Below, piece by piece: positions 18,085 to 28,029 of a DNA stretch of 64,000 nt (its first letter is position 1; each line of letters begins with the position of its first letter). The notes below the pieces were generated by a model. That model was not told where the DNA came from. It worked only from the letters and a program-made list of their open reading frames with translations, and did not search any database. The stretch is from Thermodesulfobacteriota bacterium (GTDB lineage: Bacteria > Desulfobacterota > Desulfobulbia > Desulfobulbales > SURF-16). Made by a program: the position numbers and the translations under genes. The stretch spans positions 29,405 through 93,404 of the forward strand of contig JBDLIE010000006.1 in NCBI GenBank assembly GCA_039715015.1. Direction: 5' to 3'.

Positions 18085-19491
18085 GTGGAGAATTCAATGC
18101 CCCAACATACCGTTTTTGAAGATTATTTTTGCAACAACTGGAAAGATGTCATTGACAAGATGACTGAAGGGTTGATGCTCGTTGACCCCACAGGGAAAAT
18201 CCTCTTTGTTAACGCAGCTATGGAAGAGCTCCTTCTCTACAAGCGCGAAGAACTGGTTGGTAAACGTTGTGATTTTCTCGAATGTAATAGTTGCATAGAT
18301 CAACGCCAAAAAGAGGGCAATAAACATTGCGCTCTTTTCCAAAAAGGTGACGTTAGAAATCTCAAATGCACCTTCAAACGCAAGGACGGCAGTCGGGTCA
18401 ACGTCCTGAAAAATGCCACCGTTCTCACCGACGAAAGCGGCCAGATAGTGGCAGGTGTTGAAAACCTCACCGACCTCACCGCCCTTGTCACCCAGGAACG
18501 GGTTATCACCGACCTACGCAATCATATTGCCAAGGATGATGGTTTCCACGGCATTATTGGCAAAAGCCTGGCCATGACGCAGGTCTTTGAGCTAATAAAG
18601 AGTGCGGCCCAGTCTGACGCGCCGGTGGTGATCTACGGCGAGAGCGGCACAGGAAAGGAGCTGGTGGCAAGCGCCATCCATAAGTTAAGCAAGAGAAAAG
18701 ACGCCTCCCTTATTAAGGTTAACTGTGCGGCCCTCAACGAGAACCTGCTGGAGAGCGAACTTTTCGGCCATATCAAAGGGGCCTTCACAGGCGCAGACCG
18801 CACCAGGGTAGGCCGCTTTGAAGCGGCAAATAATGGCGTCATCTTTCTTGACGAGATAGGCGACCTGCCCCTTGCCACCCAGACCAAGTTACTCCGGGTT
18901 CTCCAGGAGCAGGAGATTGAAAGGGTTGGCGACCATCATCCCATTGCCATTGATGTCCGGATTATTGCCGCCACCAACAAGGATCTCGGCAAACTCATGG
19001 GCGAAGAGAAGTTCCGCGACGACCTCTATTACCGCATCGGCGTTATCCCTATCATCTTGCCCCCCCTGCGTAAACGCCAGGAAGACGTACCCAGGCTCAT
19101 CGAGACCTTTCTTGATCGGGCCCGCTTGAAAACAGGCAAGGATATCAAAGCCATTAATAAGGCTGCCCTGGACCTCATGGTTACCTATCCCTGGCCCGGC
19201 AACATCAGGGAGCTTATCAATGTTATTGAATACGCCTTTGTCATCTGCCCCGGCGGCACCATCACCCCGGACCACCTGCCCCTCCACTTTACCAGTGCAG
19301 ACGGCAAACCAGCCAGTCCAGGCACCTTTAGAAGTGACCCGAGCAGTGATCGGCGCCAACTCCTGCTCGACACCTTAAAGCAAACAGGCGGCAACAAATC
19401 AGAGGCGGCCCGCATCCTCGGCATAAGCAGAGTGACCCTGTGGAAGCAGCTTAAAAAATACGAAATTACGGTGGGTAAGGCCATTCGCTGA
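18085..19491 (+). CDS. PAS-domain sigma54-dependent enhancer-binding protein
   Basis: PAS with Cys cluster, GESGTGKE, ESELFGH..GAFTGA, FLDEIG, WPGNIREL, Fis-type HTH; start may be 18097. Confidence 0.95.
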   Translation: MENSMPQHTVFEDYFCNNWKDVIDKMTEGLMLVDPTGKILFVNAAMEELLLYKREELVGKRCDFLECNSCIDQRQKEGNKHCALFQKGDVRNLKCTFKRKDGSRVNVLKNATVLTDESGQIVAGVENLTDLTALVTQERVITDLRNHIAKDDGFHGIIGKSLAMTQVFELIKSAAQSDAPVVIYGESGTGKELVASAIHKLSKRKDASLIKVNCAALNENLLESELFGHIKGAFTGADRTRVGRFEAANNGVIFLDEIGDLPLATQTKLLRVLQEQEIERVGDHHPIAIDVRIIAATNKDLGKLMGEEKFRDDLYYRIGVIPIILPPLRKRQEDVPRLIETFLDRARLKTGKDIKAINKAALDLMVTYPWPGNIRELINVIEYAFVICPGGTITPDHLPLHFTSADGKPASPGTFRSDPSSDRRQLLLDTLKQTGGNKSEAARILGISRVTLWKQLKKYEITVGKAIR

Positions 19492-19522
19492 CATTGGCCT
19501 TTTCCCTACATGGAGTTTCTAG

Positions 19523-19669
19523 ATGGAAGAATGGATACTTCGCCATATTAGCGGTCTGCTCGACTGGCTGCTGGTTTTTCTCTTTGTGGCGGCCATGGTC
19601 TTTGGCTGCCAGTTCATGATCAACTTCTTAAAAGATCCAGACAGCCAGGAAAGCGATGGCGAGCAGTGA
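19523..19669 (+). CDS. Small single-TM protein (48 aa), not in ORF track
   Basis: GGAG RBS then MEEWILRHISGLLDWLLVFLFVAAMVFGCQFMINFLKDPDSQESDGEQ. Confidence 0.55.
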   Translation: MEEWILRHISGLLDWLLVFLFVAAMVFGCQFMINFLKDPDSQESDGEQ

Positions 19670-19957
19670 GGGAACCCAGGGGCCCTTCTTGATCTTGTGC
19701 CTGGCCATCCTTAGCGCCTCATCCGACCACTGACAGCACGGGCCTCTGTAGACTTGCGACACAGGTGGCAAGCTTCTTTGTAATCGCTGCCAAAAAATCA
19801 CTTTTTTCAGGCCACCCAGCAACGCCTTGACCCCATACCAACATTTTTCAGTTAAACGCTCCTCCATCTTCACCTTTGCAACATATTGCCGAAAACAGAT
19901 AACCTGAGCCTGCTATAGAGGCACCACCCCTCCTACCTGATTACACAACCTCATATT

Positions 19958-20040
19958 TATGCCCCAGGGTATTTGCCTGGCGGCACACGCGGGCACTCCC
20001 AGAGATCGACCTCCCATATCTCCTTGATCACGCCCTTCAA
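19958..20040 (-). pseudogene. Possible remnant of an IS91-family transposase C-terminal Zn-finger
   Basis: IKEIWEVDLWECPR resembles the IKKIWEVDPLxCPxC motif; a 1-nt insertion would restore CPRC. Confidence 0.35.
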
Positions 20041-20100
20041 ACAGGGGATGAAAGAGCAACCGGTTGTATTGAACATGAAGGGGCAATAATTTTCCTTGAC

Positions 20101-20146
20101 TTAGTGTCAAACTGACACTAAAGTAAAAGTGTAAAATGAACACTAA
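20101..20146. promoter_or_regulatory. Two tandem NrtR operator sites
   Basis: TTAGTGTCA-AAC-TGACACTAA (20101-20121) and AAAGTGTAAAATGAACACTAA (20126-20146), both 21-bp GT-N7-AC sites, overlapping a TTGACT -35. Confidence 0.85.
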
Positions 20147-20157
20147 GGGAGCATGCC

Positions 20158-20847
20158 ATGCCAGTTTCATATGAATATCCCCACCCAGCCGTGACTGTTG
20201 ACTGTGTGGTTTTTGGTCTGGATGAGGAGGACCTGAAAGTCCTGCTGATCAAACGCAACCTCGACCCCTTTCAAGGTAGGTGGGCTCTGCCCGGCGGTTT
20301 TGTCCGCCTTGAGGAAAACCTTGAGGAAGCCGCCCGTCGCGAACTGTTTGAAGAGGCCGGTCTCTCGAATATCTTTCTTGAGCAGCTCTACACCTTTGGC
20401 GAGGTGGGCCGCGACCCCAGGGAGCGCGTCATTACGGTGACCTATTATGCCCTGGTCAACATTAGTGACCATAGGGTGCGGGCCGCCACAGACGCCAAAG
20501 ATGTCGCCTGGTTTTCGGTTACCGACATACCGGGCCTGGCCTTTGATCACGACCAGATTCTGGATACGGCCCTGACCCGGCTCAAGGGCAAGGTGCGCTA
20601 TCAGCCCATCGGTTTTGAACTCTTGCCGCCCAAGTTTACACTCACCCAGCTCCAAAAACTGTACGAGACCATTCTCGAGCGTTCACTTGATAAACGGAAC
20701 TTTCGCAAAAAGATCCTCAAAATGAAAATTCTCGTCGAACTTGATGAAATCCAACAGGATGTGGCCCATCGGGCGGCGCGACTATACAGCTTTAACAAGC
20801 AGAAGTATGAAAAGCTTGTCCGGGATGGCTTCAATTTTGAGATTTAG
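20158..20847 (+). CDS. nrtR: NrtR: Nudix + winged-helix ADP-ribose-responsive repressor
   Basis: [66 protein letters not shown]. Confidence 0.93.
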   Translation: MPVSYEYPHPAVTVDCVVFGLDEEDLKVLLIKRNLDPFQGRWALPGGFVRLEENLEEAARRELFEEAGLSNIFLEQLYTFGEVGRDPRERVITVTYYALVNISDHRVRAATDAKDVAWFSVTDIPGLAFDHDQILDTALTRLKGKVRYQPIGFELLPPKFTLTQLQKLYETILERSLDKRNFRKKILKMKILVELDEIQQDVAHRAARLYSFNKQKYEKLVRDGFNFEI

Positions 20848-20886
20848 AAACCACCCCATGAACTCCCTGAGATAAGGAGGTGTACC

Positions 20887-21921
20887 ATGTTTGGAATCAA
20901 CTACATTAAAGCCCAGCCAACAACCTATCTGATGCAGTACAGCAATGGCACCATAAAGCGTCAGGGCGCCGGACTTTCGTTCTGTTATTTTGCCCCCACC
21001 ACCTCCCTGGTGGCGGTGCCCCTGGAGAGCAATGAAATCCCCTTTATCTTTGCGGAAAGCACCGCTGACCACCAGGAAATTACGGTGCAGGGATATGTGA
21101 CCTACCGCATTGCCGAGCCGGAAAAAATAGCGGCCCTCCTGAACTTCAGCCTGTCTCCGAACGGCAGGAGATATCTGGCAGAGGATGCGGAAAAATTGCC
21201 GCAACGGATCCTGCAGGTTATCCAGGTGCAGGTGCGGGGCGAAGTCCAAAAGCGGTTACTCCGGCAGGCCCTTGTTTCTTCAGATGAAGTTGGCGACCAG
21301 GTTTTTGAGGCTGTGTGCACTGCCCCTGAAATAATCCGCCTCGGCCTGGAAATCCTTGGGGTCTCTATCCTTGCCGTCAAACCCGCACCCGAAACCGCCC
21401 GGGCCCTTGAAGCGGAAGCCAGGGAGCAGCTGTTGCTTGAGGCGGATGAGGCGATCTATAGCCGCCGCAAGGCTGCCGTTGAGCAGGAACGGGCCGTGAA
21501 GGAAAGCGAGCTTAACACCGAAATCGCGGTGGAAAAGAAAAAGCGGCAGGTCAAGGAAGAAAAAATGGCAGCGGAAAAATCCGTACAGCGCATGCGTTCA
21601 CAGATCATGGACCAGAAGCTGGAGGCGGATATTGACCTGGAAGAAAAAAGAAAGGCGCTGGTGGAACGGGCTGGGGACAACGCCAAAACAGAGGCCGATG
21701 CCAAGGAATATGCCCTGGCTGCCGTTGTCAAGCCTCTGGCCAAGCTCGACACCAAAACACTGCAGTCCCTGGCCAGCGTCGGCATGAACCCGAGCCAGCT
21801 CATTGCTCAATCTTTCCAGAGCATGGCGGAAAATGCCGACAAGATAGGCCAGCTCAATGTATCTCCGGACCTGCTCCGGGAACTCATGGAGGACCGTAGC
21901 CAATATGGCGCCAACAACTGA
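20887..21921 (+). CDS. SPFH/band-7 domain protein with coiled-coil tail (NrtR-associated)
   Basis: N-terminal SPFH-like segment (IPFIF.E.T.D.Q.ITVQG..TYRI), long AE-rich coiled coil. Confidence 0.82.
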   Translation: MFGINYIKAQPTTYLMQYSNGTIKRQGAGLSFCYFAPTTSLVAVPLESNEIPFIFAESTADHQEITVQGYVTYRIAEPEKIAALLNFSLSPNGRRYLAEDAEKLPQRILQVIQVQVRGEVQKRLLRQALVSSDEVGDQVFEAVCTAPEIIRLGLEILGVSILAVKPAPETARALEAEAREQLLLEADEAIYSRRKAAVEQERAVKESELNTEIAVEKKKRQVKEEKMAAEKSVQRMRSQIMDQKLEADIDLEEKRKALVERAGDNAKTEADAKEYALAAVVKPLAKLDTKTLQSLASVGMNPSQLIAQSFQSMAENADKIGQLNVSPDLLRELMEDRSQYGANN

Positions 21922-22843
21922 CAATAAAATCATTCTCATTACCCGGAAGACCCGGCTGGATGAGCTGATTGCCCGGTTCAACACCCTGGAGCAGGCCAGA
22001 TTTTACATTGAACACTCAGGCGCTGACTTTGACGATTACCTGAATGAACATGAGCAGTATGCTCTGGCAGTGCGGACCGCAACCGCCCACCTGAAAACCT
22101 GGGGCCAAGTCCAGGCCCTGGACCGCTATTTTCTCCCCAACTTCGTCTTTGGCCCCAGGGACATGGTTATTGTCCTGGGCCAGGACGGGCTGGTGGCCAA
22201 CACCATGAAGTATCTTGACGGCCAGCCGGTCATCGGCGTCAATCCCGAGCCGGGCCGCTGGGACGGCATCCTGCTTCCCTTTACAGTTGAAGATCTGGCC
22301 ATGATTGTCCCGGAAGCTTTGACAAGGAAAAGGGCCATCCAGGAAGTCAGCATGGCCAAGGCAACGTTGAACGACGGCCAGGTGCTCTACGGGGTGAATG
22401 ACCTGTTCATCGGGCCCCGCTCCCATACCTCGATCCGCTATACCATCCAGGTCGGCAAAGTGCGAGAGAATCACTCGTCAAGCGGGATCATCGTCTCCAC
22501 CGGACTGGGCTCCACCGGTTGGCTGAAAAGCCTGGTCACCGGTGCCCAAGGCATTGTTCAGGCCCTGGCGGGCAAGGAGATCCAGATGCAGAATCCCACC
22601 GGCTTTGCCTGGGAAGCTGACTCTCTCTACTTTACCGTCCGTGAGCCGTTCCCAAGCCGGACCAGTACGACAGACCTGGTATTCGGCCAGATAACCGGAC
22701 AAAACACCTTACTGCTTGAATCCAAAATGCCCGAGGATGGGGTCATCTTCAGCGATGGCATTGAAAGTGATTTTGTCGCCTTTAACTCCGGCAGCCAAGC
22801 CGTTATCGGCCTTGCCGAGAAAAAAGGGGTCATGGTGGTCTGA
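21905..22843 (+). CDS. NAD-kinase-like protein (NrtR-associated)
   Basis: GQDGLVAN (GGDG variant), PVIGVNP, VNDLFIG, SSGIIVSTGLGSTGW; ATG at 21905 overlaps the upstream gene. Confidence 0.8.
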   Translation: MAPTTDNKIILITRKTRLDELIARFNTLEQARFYIEHSGADFDDYLNEHEQYALAVRTATAHLKTWGQVQALDRYFLPNFVFGPRDMVIVLGQDGLVANTMKYLDGQPVIGVNPEPGRWDGILLPFTVEDLAMIVPEALTRKRAIQEVSMAKATLNDGQVLYGVNDLFIGPRSHTSIRYTIQVGKVRENHSSSGIIVSTGLGSTGWLKSLVTGAQGIVQALAGKEIQMQNPTGFAWEADSLYFTVREPFPSRTSTTDLVFGQITGQNTLLLESKMPEDGVIFSDGIESDFVAFNSGSQAVIGLAEKKGVMVV

Positions 22844-22881
22844 TTTTTCGAGCAGCTGCGTACTAAGCGAGGCGTATCACT

Positions 22882-23952
22882 ATGGACAGAAGAAAAAGAA
22901 ATCAACAGAACATTTCTGGCTGCATTTTAGGAACCGCGGTGGGCGATGCCCTGGGCCTGCCATACGAAGGCTTGAGCAGGCGACGGGGGCGCAAGCTCTT
23001 CCCTGACCCCGGCAGACATCATCTGCTTTTGGGGCGGGGCATGGTGTCGGATGACACCGAGCACACCTGTTTCGTGGCCCTGGCGTTGATAGCATCAAAG
23101 GGAGAGCCAAAAAAATTCCAAAACAACCTGGCCCGGTCATTGCGCTGGTGGCTGCTGGGGTTGCCCGCCGGGGTCGGCTTTGCCACCCTGCGGGCCATCC
23201 TGAAACTGTGGCTTGGCGCTTCACCGGCAAAGAGCGGCGTGTTTTCTGCCGGTAACGGCCCGGCCATGCGCAGCCCCATCTTGGGGCTGGTGTTTGGCCG
23301 CGACCCTGAAAAACTGCGGGAAATGGTAAAAATCTCCACCCGCATCACCCATACCGACCCCAAGGCCTTTTACGGCGCCTATGCAGCGGCCCTGGCTGCC
23401 CATTACAGTGCATCTGAAACAACAATCCCCCCTGATATTTTTTACTCCAAGGTCCAGGAAGCCCTCAAAGACGAAGCGGCTGATGAATTTGTCGACCTGC
23501 TGCAACAGGCCGTGGAGTCGGCCAAGCGTGGGGAAAGCACGGCCCATTTTTCGGCATCCATTGGCGGCGCAACAGGCATTTCCGGCTATATTTATCACAC
23601 CGTGCCCAGCGTCATCCAGACCTGGCTCCGCCATCAAAATAATTTTGGCGGCGCTATCGAAGAAATGATCCTGGCCGGCGGCGACAGCGACACCACGGCG
23701 GCAATCCTGGGCGGCATTTCGGGTGCGCGGGGGATCCAGCATATCCCAGCCGCCTGGATTAACGGCATCATCGACTGGCCCCGCAGCACACAGTGGATGG
23801 CAAAGGTCGGGGATGCGCTTTTTCAGACAATGGAGAACAGGCGGGAGATGCAGCCGCCAGGCTATTTTCTACCCGGCCTGTTATTAAGAAATATTTTTTT
23901 TCTCATCGTTGTATTACTGCACGGTCTTCGTCGTTTAGCCCCACCCTACTGA
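22882..23952 (+). CDS. ADP-ribosylglycohydrolase family protein
   Basis: GTAVGDALG, SDDTE, AGNGPAMR, TH, GGDSDTTAAILG. Confidence 0.92.
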   Translation: MDRRKRNQQNISGCILGTAVGDALGLPYEGLSRRRGRKLFPDPGRHHLLLGRGMVSDDTEHTCFVALALIASKGEPKKFQNNLARSLRWWLLGLPAGVGFATLRAILKLWLGASPAKSGVFSAGNGPAMRSPILGLVFGRDPEKLREMVKISTRITHTDPKAFYGAYAAALAAHYSASETTIPPDIFYSKVQEALKDEAADEFVDLLQQAVESAKRGESTAHFSASIGGATGISGYIYHTVPSVIQTWLRHQNNFGGAIEEMILAGGDSDTTAAILGGISGARGIQHIPAAWINGIIDWPRSTQWMAKVGDALFQTMENRREMQPPGYFLPGLLLRNIFFLIVVLLHGLRRLAPPY

Positions 23953-24126
23953 CAAGGCTTTGCAAGAGGCAGCCTCAAGGCAGGCCTCTGTGCAGTATTG
24001 GCCTGATCCACCGGCAACAGGCGCGCAGAACGATCTACCCTTTTGATGAGCTTGCAGAAAGGCAAAGCTTTTTGAAAACAAAGTCCGGAGTTGGCATTTA
24101 ATAAGTATCGACAGGCCGCCAGCCAC

Positions 24127-25458
24127 CTACTCTTTCTTGATCTGGTGCTTGCCCATCTTATAGCGCAGCACCCGCTCGCTGATACCAAGGGCCTCGGCGG
24201 CCCTGGTCTGCACCCAGTCATGCTGGCCCAAGGCATCAACAATCATCTGCCGTTCAACCTCCATCAACCGTGAACCAAGATCGCCTTCGCCTGTGGTCTG
24301 ATTCATCCGAATTTCTCTAGGCAGATCAGCTGGCATAATCTTTGTTGACCGGGCCAGGGCAACGAGCCGCTGGATGAGATGCTCTAGCTCTCTGATATTG
24401 CCGGGAAAAGGATATTTGACCAATATGTCAAGGGCTTGGCGGCTGACAGTCACGGGCTGAAAGCTGTATTTTTCAAGGAAGAAATCAACCAGGGCAGGGA
24501 TGTCCTCCTTACGGCGCCGCAAAGGAGGAACCTCAAGCTCAAGGACGTTGAGGCGATAAAAAAGATCCTCCCTGAATTCTCCTTTTTCCACCATCATTTT
24601 GAGATCCCGGTTGGTGGCGGCCACCACCCGGACGTCCACCTCAATATCCTGTTCGCTGCCCACCCTGCTGATTCTGTTTTCCTGAAGGGCGCGCAGCAGT
24701 TTGGCCTGCAGATTCAGGGGCAATTCGCCAACCTCATCGAGAAAAAGAGTACCGTTCTGGGCCAGTTCGAAACGGCCCTTACGCCTGCTGTCTGCTCCGG
24801 TGAAGGCCCCCTTTTCATGGCCGAAGAGTTCTGATTCAAAGAGATTTTCAGGCACTGCCGCACAGTTAAGCTCGACAAAGGGAGCAGACTGACGGGGGCT
24901 TAACGTGTGAAGAAGACGGCCGACAAGCTCCTTGCCGGTACCGGTTTCGCCGCGCACAAGAACCGTCCAAGGTGTTCGTGCCATACGGCGCACCAAGGAT
25001 AAAAGCTCCTTCATGGCCGGGCTGTCGCCAATAACGTGCAGGGGCAAGGCTCCCTCCTCTAAAATTTCAGCGATCTCTCCGGCATCCTCCTCCACAGCAA
25101 GCTGAGAAGCAATGGCCTCGATCTTGTCGAGGAGAAGGCGCAGGTCCACCGGTTTTTCAAGGAAATCGTCGGCACCAAGACGCATGACCTTCACGGCCGT
25201 ATCCACACTGGCATAGGCAGTGATCATAATGGCACGGACAAGGGGGTTCTTCTTTTTCAGCAGGGCAAGGAGCTCATCGCCACTCATGCCCCCCATCTTC
25301 TGATCGAGCAAAGCAAGATCAATGGCTTCGTTATTGAAAATAGCAAGACCTTCTTCTCCGGAAGAGGCGGCAAGGACTTGGAACCCCTGTTTCTCAAGAA
25401 AACCTCGCAGCATATCGCGCTGCATCTCTTCATCATCAACAATCAGAATCTTCATCAT
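24127..25458 (-). CDS. sigma54-dependent response regulator (NtrC/ZraR-like)
   Basis: REC (IVDDE, LLDQKM, EKP), GETGTGKE, GAFTGA, FLDEVG, HTH. Confidence 0.95.
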   Translation of the reverse strand: MMKILIVDDEEMQRDMLRGFLEKQGFQVLAASSGEEGLAIFNNEAIDLALLDQKMGGMSGDELLALLKKKNPLVRAIMITAYASVDTAVKVMRLGADDFLEKPVDLRLLLDKIEAIASQLAVEEDAGEIAEILEEGALPLHVIGDSPAMKELLSLVRRMARTPWTVLVRGETGTGKELVGRLLHTLSPRQSAPFVELNCAAVPENLFESELFGHEKGAFTGADSRRKGRFELAQNGTLFLDEVGELPLNLQAKLLRALQENRISRVGSEQDIEVDVRVVAATNRDLKMMVEKGEFREDLFYRLNVLELEVPPLRRRKEDIPALVDFFLEKYSFQPVTVSRQALDILVKYPFPGNIRELEHLIQRLVALARSTKIMPADLPREIRMNQTTGEGDLGSRLMEVERQMIVDALGQHDWVQTRAAEALGISERVLRYKMGKHQIKKE

Positions 25459-25665
25459 GACTCTCTAAAAATGGACTGCCGGACAATTTCCCAAAATCAT
25501 GGCGAAAGAGAAAAAATTGGTCAGGCATCACTTTCAATTTGAGTTTAAGGATTTATTTTAGCTATACTTTGAAAAGGAAAAAATACCCCTTCCGGCAAAC
25601 AAAATAAGTGTGTTTCATCGCTCTTTTTAAAAAGTTTAGTCACAGACCTCCAGGAGAACAGTATT

Positions 25666-26457
25666 ATGGCGTATCACACCCTTAATTTTCAGGATGACGC
25701 TGAAAATCTTATTCAGGACGCTGAACAACTTCTTCTTGCCCTTGAAAAAAAACCGGACGAACAAGATCTTATCTGTAATTGCGCAAACTCCTTGCGCACC
25801 ATCCGGGGGGTCGCCAACCTTTTCAATCTCGACAACATTACCCGACTAGCGGCTCTGGCGGCCGGCGGATTTGACGTCACCTGCAAACTAAAAGAGGAAG
25901 CAGACCCTGCCCTCATTTCCTCTACCATTGAACTCCTTGGCAATCTGCGCCAAAGCGGGCCGCACGACCTTGATGCCCGGGCCACCCATAATCTTACCGC
26001 CACCCTGGCACCCTTTGCCACCAAAACCATCCGGAGCCTCATGCCTGACCGTAACCCGGCAGACACAAAAATATTAATTGTGGATGATGAGGTGGTAAAC
26101 CGCGTCTTACTTGAAGAATTCATCAGAACCTTCAACAAAGATATTCAGGTCATTTCAGTGGATTCTGCCTCCGAGGCAATTTACTATTATCTCACGGAGA
26201 AATTTGACCTCGTCTTCCTCGACATCATGATGCCCGATGTCGACGGCAACCATTTCATTTCAATTGTCGAAAAAAACAGGGCCGCCCATAATATTGCCGG
26301 TGAGCCCAATATCATTGTCCAGACTGCAGTGCAATCACTGGAAGAACTTCTCAACATTGTCCAAAAAAATAGTGTTTTAGAAGTCATCCGCAAGCCCATC
26401 CCCAGGGAGCGTATCTGCACCTGTATTGAACGCTATTGTCCAGCATTCCGCCCATAG
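25666..26457 (+). CDS. Hpt-like + receiver domain protein
   Basis: N-terminal CheA-P1-like helices; REC with IVDDE, FLDIMMPD, RKP. Confidence 0.8.
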   Translation: MAYHTLNFQDDAENLIQDAEQLLLALEKKPDEQDLICNCANSLRTIRGVANLFNLDNITRLAALAAGGFDVTCKLKEEADPALISSTIELLGNLRQSGPHDLDARATHNLTATLAPFATKTIRSLMPDRNPADTKILIVDDEVVNRVLLEEFIRTFNKDIQVISVDSASEAIYYYLTEKFDLVFLDIMMPDVDGNHFISIVEKNRAAHNIAGEPNIIVQTAVQSLEELLNIVQKNSVLEVIRKPIPRERICTCIERYCPAFRP

Positions 26458-26523
26458 GCGGCGAAACAAGCAACAGATTGCCAAACCACGGCAGGCACTC
26501 TTCCTTTGCCATCTCAGTTTTTT

Positions 26524-28029
26524 TCACATCTCCGCTATGGCGGGAAGCCAAACGCTGACCCGGAGTACTCCCTTTTCGATTTCCTCAAAGTCTAAGCTGC
26601 CGTTATGGGCCTCAACAATCTTGGCGCAAACGGCCAGGCCCAGGCCGCTGCCCCGTGTCTTGCCGGTAAAATAGGGTTCAGCAAGCCTGTCAATTTCAGC
26701 CGCCTTTACAAAACCGCTATTTTCAAAAAGGACCAGCGGCCCCTGATCCAGCTTACTACTCAGCACCCTTAACCAACCGCCTGCAGGCTGGGCCTCAATG
26801 GCGTTCTTAATGATGTTATCAAAGAGCTGGGCAAGAAGATCAGCATCAGCGAGCACCTCCCCGCCAAATCCCGGTGAGAAATCGACCTCAATGTTTTCAT
26901 GGGTACACTGGGGCTGACGCAGAAGAAGCTGCTGGGCCAGCACTTTATCAATCTCAACAGGCGCATAACTGGGCACAAGGGGCCGGGAATAGCGCAGCAG
27001 TCCTTCGACAATGGTGTTGGTTCTTTTCATTGCCGTCCCCATGGCCCCCAGCAAGTCCCTATGCTCATCACCAAGTTCTGCCTCCAGATCTATTCTTTGT
27101 AGACCAAGACCGATGGCGTTCAAGGGGTTCCTCACCTCGTGGGCAATGGTGGCGGCAGCCCTGCCCAGGGCCGCATCCTCCTGTTCTCGGGCAAGCGCCC
27201 TTTCAAATCGCATGATCTCGGCGATGTGCTGCTGCTGCAAACGATAGACAATAAAGGTGAGAAGGAGACCAAATCCGGCAAAAAAAGCGGCATAGAGAAT
27301 AAAATTCTGCCAAATTCTCCGCACCCGCTCTCGATAGCGGCCAGTATCGAAACCAAGGACCACCTCATGGCCTTGAAGCTGGAGATATTCAACTGCTACC
27401 TCCTGGCCTAAAGTGCTGTAATCGCGACGAGGATCTACAACCTCAAGAAAGGCTATCCCAGGTGAAGAGGACAGAAAGGAGAGGATGGATGTCAGGGAGA
27501 ACTGTTGGTGCAACCTTTGCAGCTTATTGTCAGGGTAGCCAATGAGTACACAGCCCCCTTGCGGTCTAGGCCATGAGAGGAGAAAGATAGCCGGCTTCTT
27601 AGTCAACAAATCATCACCACCGGCACAAACCTGGTCGGCTGGCAGCCAGCTGTCTGGCCCACTGACCCTTCTTTGTGACGGCTCAACAATGGCGACCCCT
27701 GCCAAACCATTTTCATCTGCAAAACTGGCAAGCTCCTGTTTCTGAAAGGGTTCCACTTCGTTGAGAAAGTTGAGAAAGCGGGCAGTATTGCCTAGAAAAA
27801 GAAAAATAGTATCGTTAAGGGCATCTTCGGCCAGGGAGCTTAGCTCTGTCTGGCGGTTCACGGCATTAAGCACCATTTGCCGATTATCCCGGAGATGGCT
27901 TTTAAGGGTCTGACGCAGATAATAAACCTGGCCCAGGGAGTAGAGGAGTACAACCACTGTTACCAGGCAGAAGACCAGAAGATTTAACTTCCAGGCCCAC
28001 CCTTTCCGGGCCGGCTTTTTCTTACTCAT
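26524..28029 (-). CDS. Membrane sensor histidine kinase (ZraS/HydH-like)
   Basis: Two TM helices, AHEVRNPL H-box, NIIKNAIEA N-box, PYFTGK..GSGLGL. Confidence 0.92.
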   Translation of the reverse strand: MSKKKPARKGWAWKLNLLVFCLVTVVVLLYSLGQVYYLRQTLKSHLRDNRQMVLNAVNRQTELSSLAEDALNDTIFLFLGNTARFLNFLNEVEPFQKQELASFADENGLAGVAIVEPSQRRVSGPDSWLPADQVCAGGDDLLTKKPAIFLLSWPRPQGGCVLIGYPDNKLQRLHQQFSLTSILSFLSSSPGIAFLEVVDPRRDYSTLGQEVAVEYLQLQGHEVVLGFDTGRYRERVRRIWQNFILYAAFFAGFGLLLTFIVYRLQQQHIAEIMRFERALAREQEDAALGRAAATIAHEVRNPLNAIGLGLQRIDLEAELGDEHRDLLGAMGTAMKRTNTIVEGLLRYSRPLVPSYAPVEIDKVLAQQLLLRQPQCTHENIEVDFSPGFGGEVLADADLLAQLFDNIIKNAIEAQPAGGWLRVLSSKLDQGPLVLFENSGFVKAAEIDRLAEPYFTGKTRGSGLGLAVCAKIVEAHNGSLDFEEIEKGVLRVSVWLPAIAEM

